DNA of 64,000 nucleotides from Octopus vulgaris (Eukaryota), in contig OX597825.1 of NCBI GenBank assembly GCA_951406725.2, forward strand, positions 26,288,001 through 26,352,000, in the 5' to 3' direction. Of this stretch, positions 42,430 to 56,400 are shown in pieces. Each line of letters begins with the position of its first letter. The stretch's first letter is position 1. Position numbers and translations under genes: made by a program. The notes beneath the pieces were generated by a model. That model saw only the letters and a list, made by a program, of their open reading frames with translations. It did not search any database and had not been told where the DNA came from.

Positions 42430-43544
42430 TATTATACAATCTCTATGTAAGATGTGTTAAGTGTGTCTATGTAAAACATCATAAATTTTATTATTGATTG
42501 GGTATCATATGATGTGCCATACTAAGCTTTCTACGCCGAGATTCCATTTTCCTAAGAACCTATAATAAAGAAAGGATGCTCATTGGATTCGATATTTATC
42601 GAATTTGAAAGTGAATTTTGATAAAATTATATAATAGTTAAATGCAAATCTATGGATTCTTTTGCCGATACAGTAGAAAGGAAGCGCTATTAAACTAACT
42701 TGTATTATATTATATACGTCCTTCATAGTGAAACGTGGGATCATGTTAACTCATATTCGTATTGCATATTTGTATTTTCTCGCTAGATACACAATCCCTT
42801 GTTAAGATTGTTGATTTTAATTTACAAAACTTCCAAGGATATTCAGCGTAATGCCATTCGTGTCTTCTTCACTTTGTCGTGCTTGCAACTTGATATGAAC
42901 TGGAAACTCTTCATTCGAGAGGTTACTAAAGTTGCGCCTGCACTTAAACACAGGAAATGCATCAAAATTGACAAGGGTTGTAAAGTAATATTGCGCTCTG
43001 GAAATCAGTCGCCATACTTGTTACAGCTTTATAACAAATAATAACGTATTTGGCAGCTAGTGAGGCGTTCTCCATGACATTCGACATACTGTCATTTTAT
43101 TAAAATCACTATCAACTTACCACACAATTTATTGGAAATACATATAAATAATAATCCTGTATGAAATAGCATGTACGTAAATGTAACATATATTTGTGTG
43201 TGTATGCGATGTGTGTGTGTGTGTGTGTGTGTGTGTTGAGAGAATCAGAGAGAAACAGAGACAGAAGGAGAGAGGTGAACGAGAAAGTGCTGTGAACGTG
43301 TAGGCATAAGTAAACACTTCGACCAGTTTAAAAATTTATAGATATATGACGCTTGTATAAGGAGAGATTACTCTGCAAATGCATAGGCGCATGCACGTAT
43401 GTTGTGTGTGTGTTCGAGGCTATGGTGGTGTGGGTTGTATGTGGGTACAAGTAGCGGTGATGACACACGCATCTTCAGCTTGCTTTAAAATACGTAACTA
43501 AATTTTTATTACATATGTAAGGGAAGACAGAAAATGAGATAAAT

Positions 43545-43661
43545 GTGCGTGTGTATATATTTATATATATATATACATATGCACATACATAAATATAAAT
43601 ACGTATATACATACATATATACATTCACACATATGGATACATATATACACACACACATATG

Positions 43662-43703
<42 letters not shown>

Positions 43704-43832
43704 CAAATATGTGTAGATATACATATATATGTATAAGTATGCATGCATATATATATATATGTTTATAGAGATATCTATCTATCTATCTATCTATCTATCT
43801 GCGTATGTGTGTGTGTGTGTGTGTGTGTGTGT

Positions 43833-43883
<51 letters not shown>

Positions 43884-44429
43884 ATATATATGTATATATA
43901 TGTATATATATGTATATGTATATATATATTTGTACATATATATATATGTACATGTAGATAGATATTTGTGCACAATCATATGTTTGCATAGTAGATATAT
44001 GTGTGCGTGTGTGGAGGTTTATCCAAGTATTTGTGTATAATAATGTATACATTTTCAACATGAGGCATTTAATGAGATATTCAGGTGTTATCATTATAAT
44101 CTCAAGAAAGTTTTCTTAAAGAAACTGTAGAAACAGGAAAGCGTGTAGATACAGGAACTGCAATTGTTGTTGGACGAAAAACATAACATAACAGTCAGCA
44201 ATTTTTTTACTATTTCTTTATACCACATTAAATATGTTCCTCACTTTCTTCACTCCATTCACAAGAAATTTTGGCAAACATTGTGCAATGAGCTAATATA
44301 GATGCTGTAGGCTCATTTGTTGTCTTCTTAATACAGCATTCCAAACCTATATAGTGACAAGTTTTCTTATTAAAACCACTTGGTTATTCGCGAACACATT
44401 GTAATACAGTGCACACGCAAACACACATA

Positions 44430-44473
<44 letters not shown>

Positions 44474-44749
44474 CTAAATACTTACATACACACATATATA
44501 TATATATTAATATATATGTATACATACATGTATATACAAACATATATTCATATATATACATATATGCATATACTTCTATAAATATACCTAGATATTTATA
44601 AGAATATAAATTACATTTATGTCTGAGTATACATACATGTATATCTGTGCTTACACACAGACTCACACACACACACACACATATATATATATGTATGTGT
44701 GTATGTATGTATGTATGTATGTATGTATGTATGTATGTATGTATGTATG

Positions 44750-44781
<32 letters not shown>

Positions 44782-45217
44782 ATCTTCGGAACAAAGATAC
44801 GCAAACAATACGTTGTAGTAAAAAGAAAATATTCTCCGCAGAGAACCGGTAGATTTTTTTTTCCTTTTGCTATCTTCTCAATGCACATCTCCAATAATGA
44901 AGAATTCTTGAAGAATTTGCAAATTATTCTGGAATTCAATATAGGTATTAGTATATGCGTCGCATGTAGACTCATCTGTTCTTACCACATACATCATAAG
45001 ACGGAAGAGACACCAGTATATAACAAAGAAAATAAGAGAGAAGCTATTAAAAACGTATATTAATACGATAAACCAGCGACGCATGATTTGGGTAAATATT
45101 TCTTTCCATATTTTCTCACAAAATGGAAATCTTTATTAAATTTACCATCCGTTTCTTTTTCTCGAATTTCATGCCGATATACCTACATCATACATACATA
45201 CACGCATACGTGCACAC

Positions 45218-45274
<57 letters not shown>

Positions 45275-45586
45275 CTTTTGTAAGTTATGAGATACAATGC
45301 TTGGATGCTCGGTGTTGGAAATGTACAAACCATGTAATGTTTAGAAACTGTAAATAAGAAAATAAAAAGCGATGCACTAGAATCTTAAGAGAAATATAAA
45401 TCTTTCTGTGTGTCATTCCACTATATTAGTACGATAGACAAATAGAGATTTGAAAAATGTGATAAGAATAAATAATTCAAAGGTTTCTATATAAGACTAT
45501 GACGATGTATTTTCGAAATGTATTTATCTATGTACATTTACGTACCTGTGTATATATTCATGTAGGCAAGATTACATACGTGCATA

Positions 45587-45643
<57 letters not shown>

Positions 45644-45833
45644 GTATGTGTGTGTATGTATGTATATATATATATATATATACATACATACATACAAATA
45701 AATATATATATGCATATATATATATATATACATACATACATACAAATAAGTATATATATGCATAGATCGATAAATATATATATATGTATATAAATGTATA
45801 CATATATATCGATAGATCTTCATATATTTGTGC

Positions 45834-45881
<48 letters not shown>

Positions 45882-45902
45882 ATATATATATATATACATA
45901 TG

Positions 45903-45948
<46 letters not shown>

Positions 45949-46100
45949 TAGAGAAAGAGTGACACTGAGAGAGAGAGCGAAAACCACATATGTATATATA
46001 TACAGATATAAATATATACATACACACAGACATAAAGATATATACATACATATATACATACATTACATACACAGAAGCATACATATATACACACAACATT
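43545..46100. repeat. Mosaic of (TA)n, (TG)n, (TATG)n and (CTAT)n tracts with short unique spacers
   Basis: Directly visible; source of many spurious YI/CV/HT ORFs. Confidence 0.9.
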
Positions 46101-46555
46101 TGTTGCATAAATAGCTATACAGTTAAAATGCCAGATCGAACTGCAATTGTCTCCGTCCCCTTCTTTATTGTCTGACATAGGATAATCCATCAATGGGAAA
46201 ATATGGAATTGTTTCTCAGAAGTAACTGACTCTCTATTTCTCTCTGTCTTTCTCGTTTTCTATCTATCTCACTATCTATCACTATAGATACATTTGGATA
46301 TATTTATAAATACATGCAAATTCATACATATATATATATATGCGTTTGTTTATATCTGGCATCGCAACCACATCGTTCCGGGTTCAACCCCATTCCGTTA
46401 TACCTTTGGCGTGTCTCTATTACTATACTCTTGGGCCGATTAAAACCTCGTGTGTGGATATGATAGACGGAAACTAAAAGAAGTCCATCGCATACACATG
46501 CATTATGTATATGTGCGTGTATGTATGTATGTATATATATATATTTATATATATG

Positions 46556-46587
<32 letters not shown>

Positions 46588-47077
46588 CATATGCATACAC
46601 GCACATAGACTAATAGATTTTGGGTTATAAGTGTGCAAGTGAATATGTGTGCGATTTAGTATATGAATGCTCTTTTTTGTCTCTATATACATATTCTTTT
46701 GCATATAATTTGTATTTTCACATCATGCATTCGAAAATTTTAGCTGAATTAAAGTAAGCATATATTAAACAGCGGCTCGAAACAAATACAATGAAAGGAT
46801 GATGTCATTAGATCTATAATTAGGCCATTTAACGATTCTTTAGATTCTACAGCATTTCCAATTGCGATGATAAACATTTAATAGCTTTAACTTTATTTCA
46901 TGTAATTCATATTTGAGAAGGCAATTGACATTTGTAAATTGCATAACAAAAACAAAAGCATTCAAACATTCTTTGAAGAATAATGTGTTTACAAAACATT
47001 CCTCGTGTATCAGTATAGAGAGTATGTGTGTAAGCGTACATACCCTCCCACGCACCTATACGTATATATATATATAT

Positions 47078-47360
47078 AATCAAGGCGGCTAGGATTAATT
47101 TAAAACCAACAAAGAGATAATTTACCGCCAGTAAGAGTGACATGAGTGCATTGCGCAACAGCATTACTAGAAACAGGAGTCGTATATTCATCAGCCACAA
47201 CATGTACATAGTTTCTTTGTATTGACAGAGGAGGAGACCCATCCCACCGTGAGCGAGAAGTATTGGGTTAGCATGCTAATTTTGTCAATAAAAAGAGATC
47301 GTGTGGTTATTTCTAGCAATGCTGCTGCTCGCTGCACTCTTCACACTCTTAGTGACAGTG

Positions 47361-47364
<4 letters not shown>
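47078..47364. mobile_element. Diverged foldback element between (TA)n tracts
   Basis: Outer arms AATTTACCGCCAGTAAGAGTG..CAGCATTACTAGAAA / TTTCTAGCAATGCTG..CACTCTTAGTGACAGTGAATT, inner pair TATTGACA / TGTCAATA, and a one-sided tail of about 40 bp. Confidence 0.7.
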
Positions 47365-47397
<33 letters not shown>

Positions 47398-47402
<5 letters not shown>

Positions 47403-48345
47403 GTTGGACAAAATAATGGAAACACCTGGTATCATAGCATCATAATTCTGAACTCTCTATAAAACTGAAGAAAACCTTTTTTTATTTTCATTTTTTTTTC
47501 CATTTATTATTGGTGCTGGTTAATATATTTTGCTAAAATTGGTGTCTTTTCTCAGATACATCAATAAAAGGTAATTAAAATTCATTAAAATGACTGACCT
47601 TTCTCACTTTCAAAGGAGTCAAATGTTGGTGCTTCTATGGCAAACTCTAAGGTAACGAAAACAGCCGAAATGCCTGGTGTCTCAAGTACTGTCTCGAAAG
47701 TAATGACAGCCTTTGAGTAGGAGAGAAATACCTCCTTGTCGAAACAAAACTCTGGAAGAAAACCAAATCTTTCAGATAGAAACCGTAGGACTCTTATGCG
47801 AATTGTTAGAAAGATCACAAAAGTACAGCTCCCAAAATTACTGCAGAGATGAATGACTACATTGAGAACCCAAATTCCACAAAAACCGTTCGCCGGGAGC
47901 TGGACAAAGCCGGATTTCACGGGAGGGCTGCAATCAGAAAACCACTGCTTTCAAAAACAAACGTTGCAAAGCGTTTAGAGCAGAGTAGAAACCTACAGAA
48001 TTAGTCCCTAGAGCAATGAAAGAATGTTATTTTCTCGGACAAGTCCTTCTTTAATTTTCTTGCCGACCATCAGCCGAGTATAAATGTGGAGACAGTCGAA
48101 AGATATATTTGACCAGGACTGCCTTCGTGCAACTGTTAAATATGGAGGAGGATCTGTGATGATCTGGGGATCTGTAATATCTTGGAAATCTACCGGCCCA
48201 ATAGTTTCCCTTCATGGCAGAATTTATAGTCAATACTATTTATACATTTTATCTGATCAAATTCATCCCATGGTTGCGGAACTGTTCTGAAGTTGTTACT
48301 GAATAGCACGAGCAACATTCTAGAGAAGTTGAACATCTTAACTTA
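47398..48345 (+). mobile_element. Tc1-like transposon, 3'-truncated transposase pseudogene
   Basis: TIR-like AGGGGTTGGACAAAATAATGGAAACACC after (TA)n; MTDLSHFQR..STVSKVM..SGRKPNLSDR; VIFSDKS; TVKYGGGSVMIWG. Confidence 0.9.
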
Positions 48346-48396
48346 TTTACATTATTTACATTTTACGAATATTTGTCCTCATCTTGTTTGCTGTTA

Positions 48397-48440
48397 ACAC
48401 AACGTTTCGGCTGATATACCTTCCAGCCTTCATCAGGTGT
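48397..48440 (-). ncRNA. Minimal type I hammerhead ribozyme of the PLE type, intact
   Basis: ACAC CTGATGA A GGCTG GAAGGTATAT CAGCC GAAACGTT GTGT: 4-bp stem I, 5-bp stem II, palindromic ACGT in place of stem III. Confidence 0.85.
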
Positions 48441-48594
48441 ACTGGGGAAATTATGAACTTGGGTTCTCATTCTTAAGGTATTTTAGGTGTTGTTGTTATT
48501 ATTATTGTTATTAGAAAATGGTCCTAATGCTCCAATTACAACCCGTGTCATCATCACTTTCTTCATTCATGCTCCTTAACTTTTGCATCTCATT

Positions 48595-48963
48595 ATTATT
48601 ATATCTGCATTCGCAATGGCCGAGGTATTATTTTCAGTCGCGATGTTTTCTTTGTTTGTTTGTCCTTGGAGAAGATAACTCAAGAACCGCTGGATGGATT
48701 AGGATGAAACTTTCAGGGATGTTCAGCATTGTGACTGGCGCAAACTGATTAGATTTTTGAATCAATCTGGCACTGGATAAGGATTCAGGATTATTTTTCC
48801 TGTTTTGACTTAATGTTTGAATGCGGTCGGGTTAATTTTTAGTATTCCCATTTGTGAGAGCAGTCGAGTTCATTTCAGATATTCTCATTTTAAAAATCAT
48901 CTCTGGCTAATGGTTGAGAGGACGTTGGTGTTACATTAGCAGGGTTTTGTGCTTTCTGAGTGC

Positions 48964-48965
<2 letters not shown>
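48595..48965 (+). mobile_element. Non-autonomous Helentron-like (DINE-1/HINE type) element
   Basis: Layout CGAGGTATTATTTTC..(GTTT)n..AAGATAACTCAAGAACCGCTGGATGGATTAGGATGAAACTTT..GGTTTTGTGCTTTCTGAGTGC in a T-rich site. Confidence 0.6.
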
Positions 48966-49033
<68 letters not shown>

Positions 49034-49341
49034 AATAGTAGTAGCATTAGTAATAATAGTATTACTAATAATAATATTAGTAGTAGTGATAGTACTGGTT
49101 GTATTAGAGTTATTAGCGTTAGTAGTAGTAGTGCTATTAGTATTAATATTCGTTTTAGCCGTACACTGACCTACCTCAGAAGCAGGGATGTTCATATCCT
49201 GATTTATACTGGTTAGAGTGCTACGGTTTCGGGTGTGGTTCATGCTAACATGTTTCGGTTTTAATGTTTTCGCAGTATTACCCAATATTACGATCATATA
49301 TATTTAGGTAATTGGTATTAAGTTTACGCTTAATGGCTGAG

Positions 49342-49443
<102 letters not shown>

Positions 49444-49962
49444 TATAATTGTGTATGAAATATACACGGAGAGACAAATACGATGCGGATATCTTACATG
49501 CTAAATATGGCACTCAAACCCCGAAACCACTAAAAATAAACGTTCTTATATTAAAGCACGTTGTTTGCAAATATGTAACAGTGATAATTGACACCCATAC
49601 AAAACATACCCATACACAGCATAAAGAAACATAAGATATCTAAACCACCAACATTTCGTTAATAAATTTTCGCCAAACTGTAAAAGGAGTTATGTCAATT
49701 GACCTATTTTGTCCCTTTGAATCGTATGATATCAAGTTAACAACACTCTCTCATATAGCACCGATAAGAAATCATACGAAACATATGGAGTTCAAAATCT
49801 AAGGAACAACTAACTCTACCGTTATTCAAATTAACGATGGATATTTATCTTTGATTATGTATAAACAACCATCAAAACATCCTAAATATACGTTCATTTT
49901 CTGATGAGGATATACATAATATTAAATATAGTTATAGAAATTGAACGGGGCAGCGGTATTTC

Positions 49963-50372
49963 ATAGGCGCAAGAGTGGCTGTGTGGTAAGTAGCTTGTTT
50001 ACCAAAGGCATGGTTCCGGGTTCAGTCCCTCTGCGTGGCACCTTGGGCAAGTGTCTTCTACTATAGCCTCGGACCGACCAAAGCCTTGTGAGTGGATTTG
50101 GTAGACGGAAACTGGAAGAAGCCCGTCGTATATATGTATATATATATATATATGCGTGTGTGTGTTTGTGTGTCTGTGTTTGTCCCCTAGCATTGCTTGA
50201 CAACCGATGCTGGTGTGTTTATGTTCCTGTTACTTAGCGGTTCGGCAACAGAGACCGATAGAATAAGTACGGGGCTTACAAAAGAATAAGTCCCGGGGTC
50301 GAGTTGCTCGATTAAAGGCAGTGCTCCAGCATGGCCGCAGTCAAAATGACTGAAACAAGTAAAAGAAAAAAA
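49963..50372 (+). mobile_element. Full-length tRNA-derived SINE family A with internal (TA)n(TG)n tract
   Basis: A box TGGCTGTGTGG, B-box-like GGTTCAGTCCC, internal microsatellite at about 50129-50180, tail ..GACTGAAACAAGTAAAAGA; many copies in the window. Confidence 0.92.
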
Positions 50373-50751
50373 AATACACGTTCGAATAAAACATTGCGTC
50401 TGTTTTGTCGAGAAATATGTATACATACATATATATACGTATTTATATAAGAATTAGAAAAAAACAACTTTTATCAATTCAAAATGAACAATTAAATTAC
50501 ACCATCTAGAAAATTACATATCATAGAAATATTAAAATTAAAATAATAATAAAATGCCAATGATTAAATAAATTGCAAAACATAATTAAAACGTATATAA
50601 TTGGTAATTTTATATTTCTAAATTGAATTTTTTCCCTGTAAGTTAGGATCAATATTCCCTCAAAAAATTATTATTATATATACGTATAAATACATACGTA
50701 TATAATACGTGCATATATACACATACATATATACACATTCATATATACATA

Positions 50752-51085
50752 CATTCATTCATTCATTCGTCTCTCATTGTACCTTATGGCACATGAGGTA
50801 CCGGCAAGAACATTCCAATATCCAATACTGAAAGCGTCCATGACATCTTTATCCATTCTTAAACATCTGCTTTTAAGATTTTTCGTTATTGATCTCCACC
50901 AAGTTTCCTTGGGTCGGCCACATCCTCTTTTACCTTCTGGAACCATTTGCAAAGTGATCCTGATAATTGAATGGATCTCAACCCATCCATTTCCATCTCC
51001 TTGTTTCAATAGCTTCTGTTGTTGGTTTCACGTTAACCTTTTTGTGTAGTTGGCTGGTAGAGATCATATTCGGCCAGTAGACTTA
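50752..51085 (-). mobile_element. 3' end of an RTE-type LINE with (GAAT)n tail
   Basis: VYWPNMISTSQLHKK..IETRRWKWV and VPEGKRGCGRPKETWWRSI. Confidence 0.85.
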
Positions 51086-51250
51086 TGTATGTATGTATGG
51101 TACGTATGTATATATGTATGTATTTGCATATGTATGCATATGTATATCTACACATATAACCACTGTTTGTATATATATATATATATATATATAACATTAT
51201 TGGTGAATTGAAGAAATGGAGCTGAACGCAGATTGAACAGAAATCGTTTT

Positions 51251-51341
51251 ATTTCATTCTACACGTGTTTCGAAAGGCACAAATTACCAAAATCCGATGG
51301 AATAATGGGACCATATTGTGTCTTTCTCTTCAGGAAGAAAA
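51251..51341 (-). ncRNA. Type I hammerhead ribozyme, intact core, within a (TA)n-flanked element of about 240 bp (51193-51430)
   Basis: TTTCTTC CTGAAGA GAAAGACACAA..TTGTGCCTTTC GAAACACGTGTA GAATGAAA: stem II pairs at 10 of 11 positions; stem III is the palindrome ACACGTGT. Confidence 0.87.
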
Positions 51342-51840
51342 TAGGAAATCCGTTGGAAAAACAAAAACAGAACAGAGGCGGAGCAAAAACAAATCGAACT
51401 ATGCTCCTAAGAGCCCATGGCGAAACTCTATATGTATCAACTGTATGCATATATATGTATGTATGTGTATATATATATATACACACACATATATATATGT
51501 ATCAACTGTATGTATATATATGTATGTATGTATATATATATAAATATCTTAATATCTGTGTCTTAATATCCATGTGTATTTGACGGATGTGTGCATAGGT
51601 ATATATGTTCAACTTATGCTTTCTTTATCGCTTTTAATATGTAATTACGATTCATCAAATAGGAAAATGGATTGAAATTGATTTTTTTTAAACGATACGT
51701 AACATATTGTGAAGTACACTAATTACAAACATGCCACATTACATCCTATGCAAATGAATGATAGAAGTTTCAATGAATTTACTAATTATACGTTTGAGAC
51801 ACGAGAGAATCGATGCTGATAGACACAGACGTATGCTTCT

Positions 51841-51892
<52 letters not shown>

Positions 51893-51967
51893 TTGTGAGT
51901 TTGTGTGTGTGTGTGTATCTGTCTGTGTATATAGGTATATATATATTTTATATATACATGTACACAA

Positions 51968-52025
<58 letters not shown>

Positions 52026-52036
52026 CTATATCTATA

Positions 52037-52070
<34 letters not shown>

Positions 52071-52076
<6 letters not shown>

Positions 52077-52594
52077 TAAGAAAAGTCGGAATATGTGGCG
52101 TTTAGTTACTCAATAAATGAAATCTGCATTAAATAAACAATGATACCAAAAAAAAAATCCTCTACGTAGGACAGACAGAGAAGGACCCTAATTCTTCATC
52201 ATTTATTAACCGAATGGTAATAATCAGTTTCATATCTTGAATGATAATACTGAGATCTTGGCATATCGGCAGCACCCGTCAAATTTGTGGAGAATTAGGG
52301 CTTCGAGCGAACAAAACGATACGGAGTGGACTGGTAGAAAGGCCAAATTTATTCCGTCTTTATCAAGTTAATCATCTTAAATTACATTTGTTTACTTTCT
52401 TATATCCACTCTGTATCGTTTTCTTCGCTGGAAGCCCTAATTCTCCCCATATTTTGCGGGTGCCATAGATAAACAAAGTTCTGAGTATTATCCTTAAAGG
52501 CATCAAACTGAGTATTACCATACAGTTGATAACTGATGAGGATAAGGGATCTACTGTGTCTATCCTATCTGTACGATATTAACTATCGGTTTTA
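52071..52594. mobile_element. Large diverged foldback element (arms about 200 bp) with one-sided tail next to (TA)n
   Basis: About 52124-52330 vs 52405-52594, e.g. GGAGAATTAGGGCTTCGAGCGAACAAAACGATACGGAGTGGA / TCCACTCTGTATCGTTTTCTTCGCTGGAAGCCCTAATTCTCC. Confidence 0.85.
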
Positions 52595-53060
52595 TTTATT
52601 GCATTTTACACACACACGCACACACACACAAACACATATATACACACTCACATGCACACACACATATATATATACACACTCACAAGCACACTCGCACGCA
52701 TACACACACACACTCATATACATACACACGCAGTTGTGGCTGGGTGGTAAGAAGCTTGATTTCCAACAACATAGTTAGGGGTTCTGTCTCACTGCGGGTC
52801 ACTTTGGTGGAGTGTCTTCTACTATAAGCCTCGGCCCGATAAAATCCTTTAGCCGTTCTCTTAAATCGGTTAAGGGTTTTCTTGCAAAAATATTACGTAC
52901 GGTTTGGCCACGCTAAAACCTGTTGTTTAGAATCAAATGAGAATATGAAAAGAACCACTATTTAAATATTATCTATAAACAAATAAAACCCTATGTATTC
53001 ATAAAATTATATGTACCGTAAAATTCCATATAGACCCATAGATTACATATAGCAGAATGA

Positions 53061-53475
53061 ATAGGTGTAGGAGTGGCTGTGTGGTAAGTAGCTCACTTAC
53101 CAACTACATGGTCGTGGGTTCAGTCCCACTGCGTGGCATCTTGGGCAAGTATACTCTACTATAGCCTCAGGCCGACCAAATCTTTGTGAGTGGATCTGGT
53201 AGACGGAAACTGGAAGAAGCCAGTCGTATATGTATATATACATGTGTGTGTAAGTGTGTGTATGCTTGTGTGTCTGCGTTTGCCCCCAACATCGCTTGAC
53301 AACCGATGCTGGTGTGTTTATGTCCCCGTAACTTAGCGGTTCGGCAAAAGAGAGCGATAGAATAAGTACTAGGCTTACAAAGAATAAGCTCTTGGGTCAA
53401 TTTTCTCGACTAAAGGCGGTGCTCCAGCATGGCCGCGGTGAAATTACTGAAACAAGTTAAAGTATAAAAGAATAA
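53061..53475 (+). mobile_element. Full-length SINE family A
   Basis: Colinear with 49963-50372. Confidence 0.92.
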
Positions 53476-56400
53476 ATTGAATATGCAAAGTAAAGGTCAC
53501 AATAGAATTTTAAAACACTGATACACTCTTTCTGTGGTGTAATCTAACTTCTTTGTAGAAAGAACGACAATAAACATAAATAAGTCACTCATATATATAC
53601 ACACGCATATATATATTACCTATCTATTTAAACGTATACACATGCGCGCGTAAGCACATACACATACACAAATATAAATGTATTCATAGTTTTCTTTTTA
53701 TTTCTTTGGCAAAGAAGTTTCATCGTGTTGGCTCGAAAGAGTCTGACTTGTTTGTTTAGCTCACAGACTCTGTGATAGGTTCCAAGTGTCTCAGGCCGTT
53801 GCCATTTTGTGGCGAGCCAACTGTATGTCTGTCATCTCTGGAAGCCAAAACAATTTTGACAATATTATCACACTAATACATTTATGTAACATCCTCCAAT
53901 ATCTGATGATGCCTCAGTTTTACTTTTTCTTGTGAGACTGAAATCAGTCAATGAATACCATAAGATATGTCCTTTGAATTTTCTTTTTGACTAACTTTTC
54001 ACTGGCAAGGATCTGGTAATTTATCCCCAAGATTCTGTAAGTGATTGAAGATGTATTATACTATTCACTTGTAAAACAATAAAATTTTCCTTTGTTATTT
54101 TGAATAGAACAACCACATTCTTTGAATTGCATCAATGTTGGCTAAATTTCACAAAAGCACCTTGCCTGTGTGCTATCTATTGGCTTTTATGAAATTCGAC
54201 ATTCATGACGTCCTGTCCCTTATAAAGCAATAGGTATCGTATTTTACTTTCTAGATAAGTACTCGGCCATATTTAATGTAGATAGAAAAAACCATGAATT
54301 ATTGTATTCTCTCAACCCAAACTTTTAAAAGAAGTATGTTGTGAATCAGATCGAGTAACTGGGATATTAAAACTTTCAGCTACATTCGATCGGTCCTGTA
54401 ATTTAGTGTATTTTGTTTTTATATTTATAGTTGTTGATGAAGCTAATTATATTGCAGATTTCTCTGAAATACTAGACTCAACATCTGGTTTCTATTTCAA
54501 GGGCTGTGTTATATGTTGCTAAGCAATGAGTTTTTTTTTTATTATTTCATATCAACAGAATAAACATCTCGATCCTTCTGTATTCATGCTTTCTTGGAAA
54601 ACAACTTTACGTGATTGGCTAGAAATAACAAAACAAAACAAACAAACAAAATTAAATCCCATAAAAGTCCAATAAGCCAATTATTTTCACATTTTCAGTC
54701 GTGAAAGAATTTCAACTCCAATCTCAATTCATTCTTATTGTTTATCGAAAAAATATTGATGATAAAGAATTTGAATAAACTCTAATAAATTAATATAAAA
54801 CTTACACAATGAAGACATTGTAAGATCGATAAATTCTAAATTCGAGTAATGTTTAATTATTGTTTACAATTGACTACAATGTTAGCAATTAATATGTAAG
54901 TCTGAATAGTTAAATCCTTCATTAAACTGCCAATTATGACAAACACAATGGGTAATCAAAACCTCCCCATTTTAAAAACTTACTTTTTCACCCGAATGTT
55001 TAAAAAAAAAAAATAATTAAAGCCATTTTTAGAGGGTCACTAAATTCTGAAGGCTATTTGACCCGGACAGAATTGTAGTCCATTAGACAATCGTCGTCTC
55101 CCTGACAACTAAACTAGAAGCATTGTTAACACAATTACTTTCTAGCTGAGTTCTAGGTAAGTTTACCATTCCAGAGCACAAGAACTTTGCCTGCAATGCA
55201 AATGATCTAAACTGTAAGACATCATCAGTTTTGATTTTGTCCTAAACAAATATGAATTCTAAATACAACCTTGATCACTCAATGTAATTTCTCCAAATCG
55301 ATATTGGACAGTATAGAGATTCAGGAAATGCATATTCGACTGAGAGAACTGAGAAATTATGAGAGGATACTGTCATAATTGCAATATACTGGTTACTTGT
55401 AAAGCCTATTCTAAAATATCGTTTCATATTTCCCTCAACTGAAATGCCAGGGTTGGTGATATTCCTTTTTAAATATTGTGCATTTTATTACAGAATGATT
55501 CACCATGTACTTGTAATAATGATCCTCATTGAATGTTTGCTTTCATCCTTTAGTCATCCGTCTACCAGTCATCATTCAGATGAATTGTTTTGCAAAATAG
55601 GCTAACCTTGATCAAGGCTTGTTTTTCTTTCTGAGGTTTAGTGTAAATAACAGAGAGCATTATCGCAGTAGCTTCAGAATACGTTTCACTGTGAATTTAG
55701 AGAGATTGGCTTGTTAAATCTTACAAGGTTCAGTAACCACATAGAAGCATATTCAGTGGCTCGTTTGGTTGCATGGTCAATACGTTTGGAGCTTTGGGAA
55801 ATGAAACGCTATACTCTTCGTGCTTTATGTAGAATAATAAAACAAGTTCTAGTTTGTTTTCAATGGAGAATAATTTTCTCGCCCATTTAGTTGTATCTGA
55901 CAAGTTTGTTCCTTATACACGCACCCATACATACTCTCCCGCATACGTATCAAAACGAGAAACACACACATATATATGTATGTGCATGTATATGTGATTG
56001 TTTGTATGTGGGTTTGTGCGTTATACTTACCTATGTAAAAGGCGGAAAACAGATGGTGAGATTTCAAAAATGAATGTAGATTCCTGACGTGTTTTTCTTG
56101 TAACAAACAAGCATAAATCATATTTACTTTTTCATTTCTATATTTGTGTATGTAATGGTTGGAGGGTTGGTTGACTGAATATAGATACATATACGCATGT
56201 ATGCATAATATACACACACAAATACCTATGTATGCATGTATGCATTTATTTGTATAATATATGTGTGTATATTGTTTTTTGTATATATGTATATATCTAT
56301 ATTTATGTATGTATGCGTGTATATATACGGGAATATGTGCATGCGTTTGTATGTGTATATATATATATATATGTATACACTTCTGTATACGTTCATGTGT

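Noticed and set aside
54000-55850. Repeat-poor stretch examined as a possible host exon or LTR-element remnant
   Set aside because: No ORF of 60 aa or more in the track and no motif I could recognise; needs BLASTX
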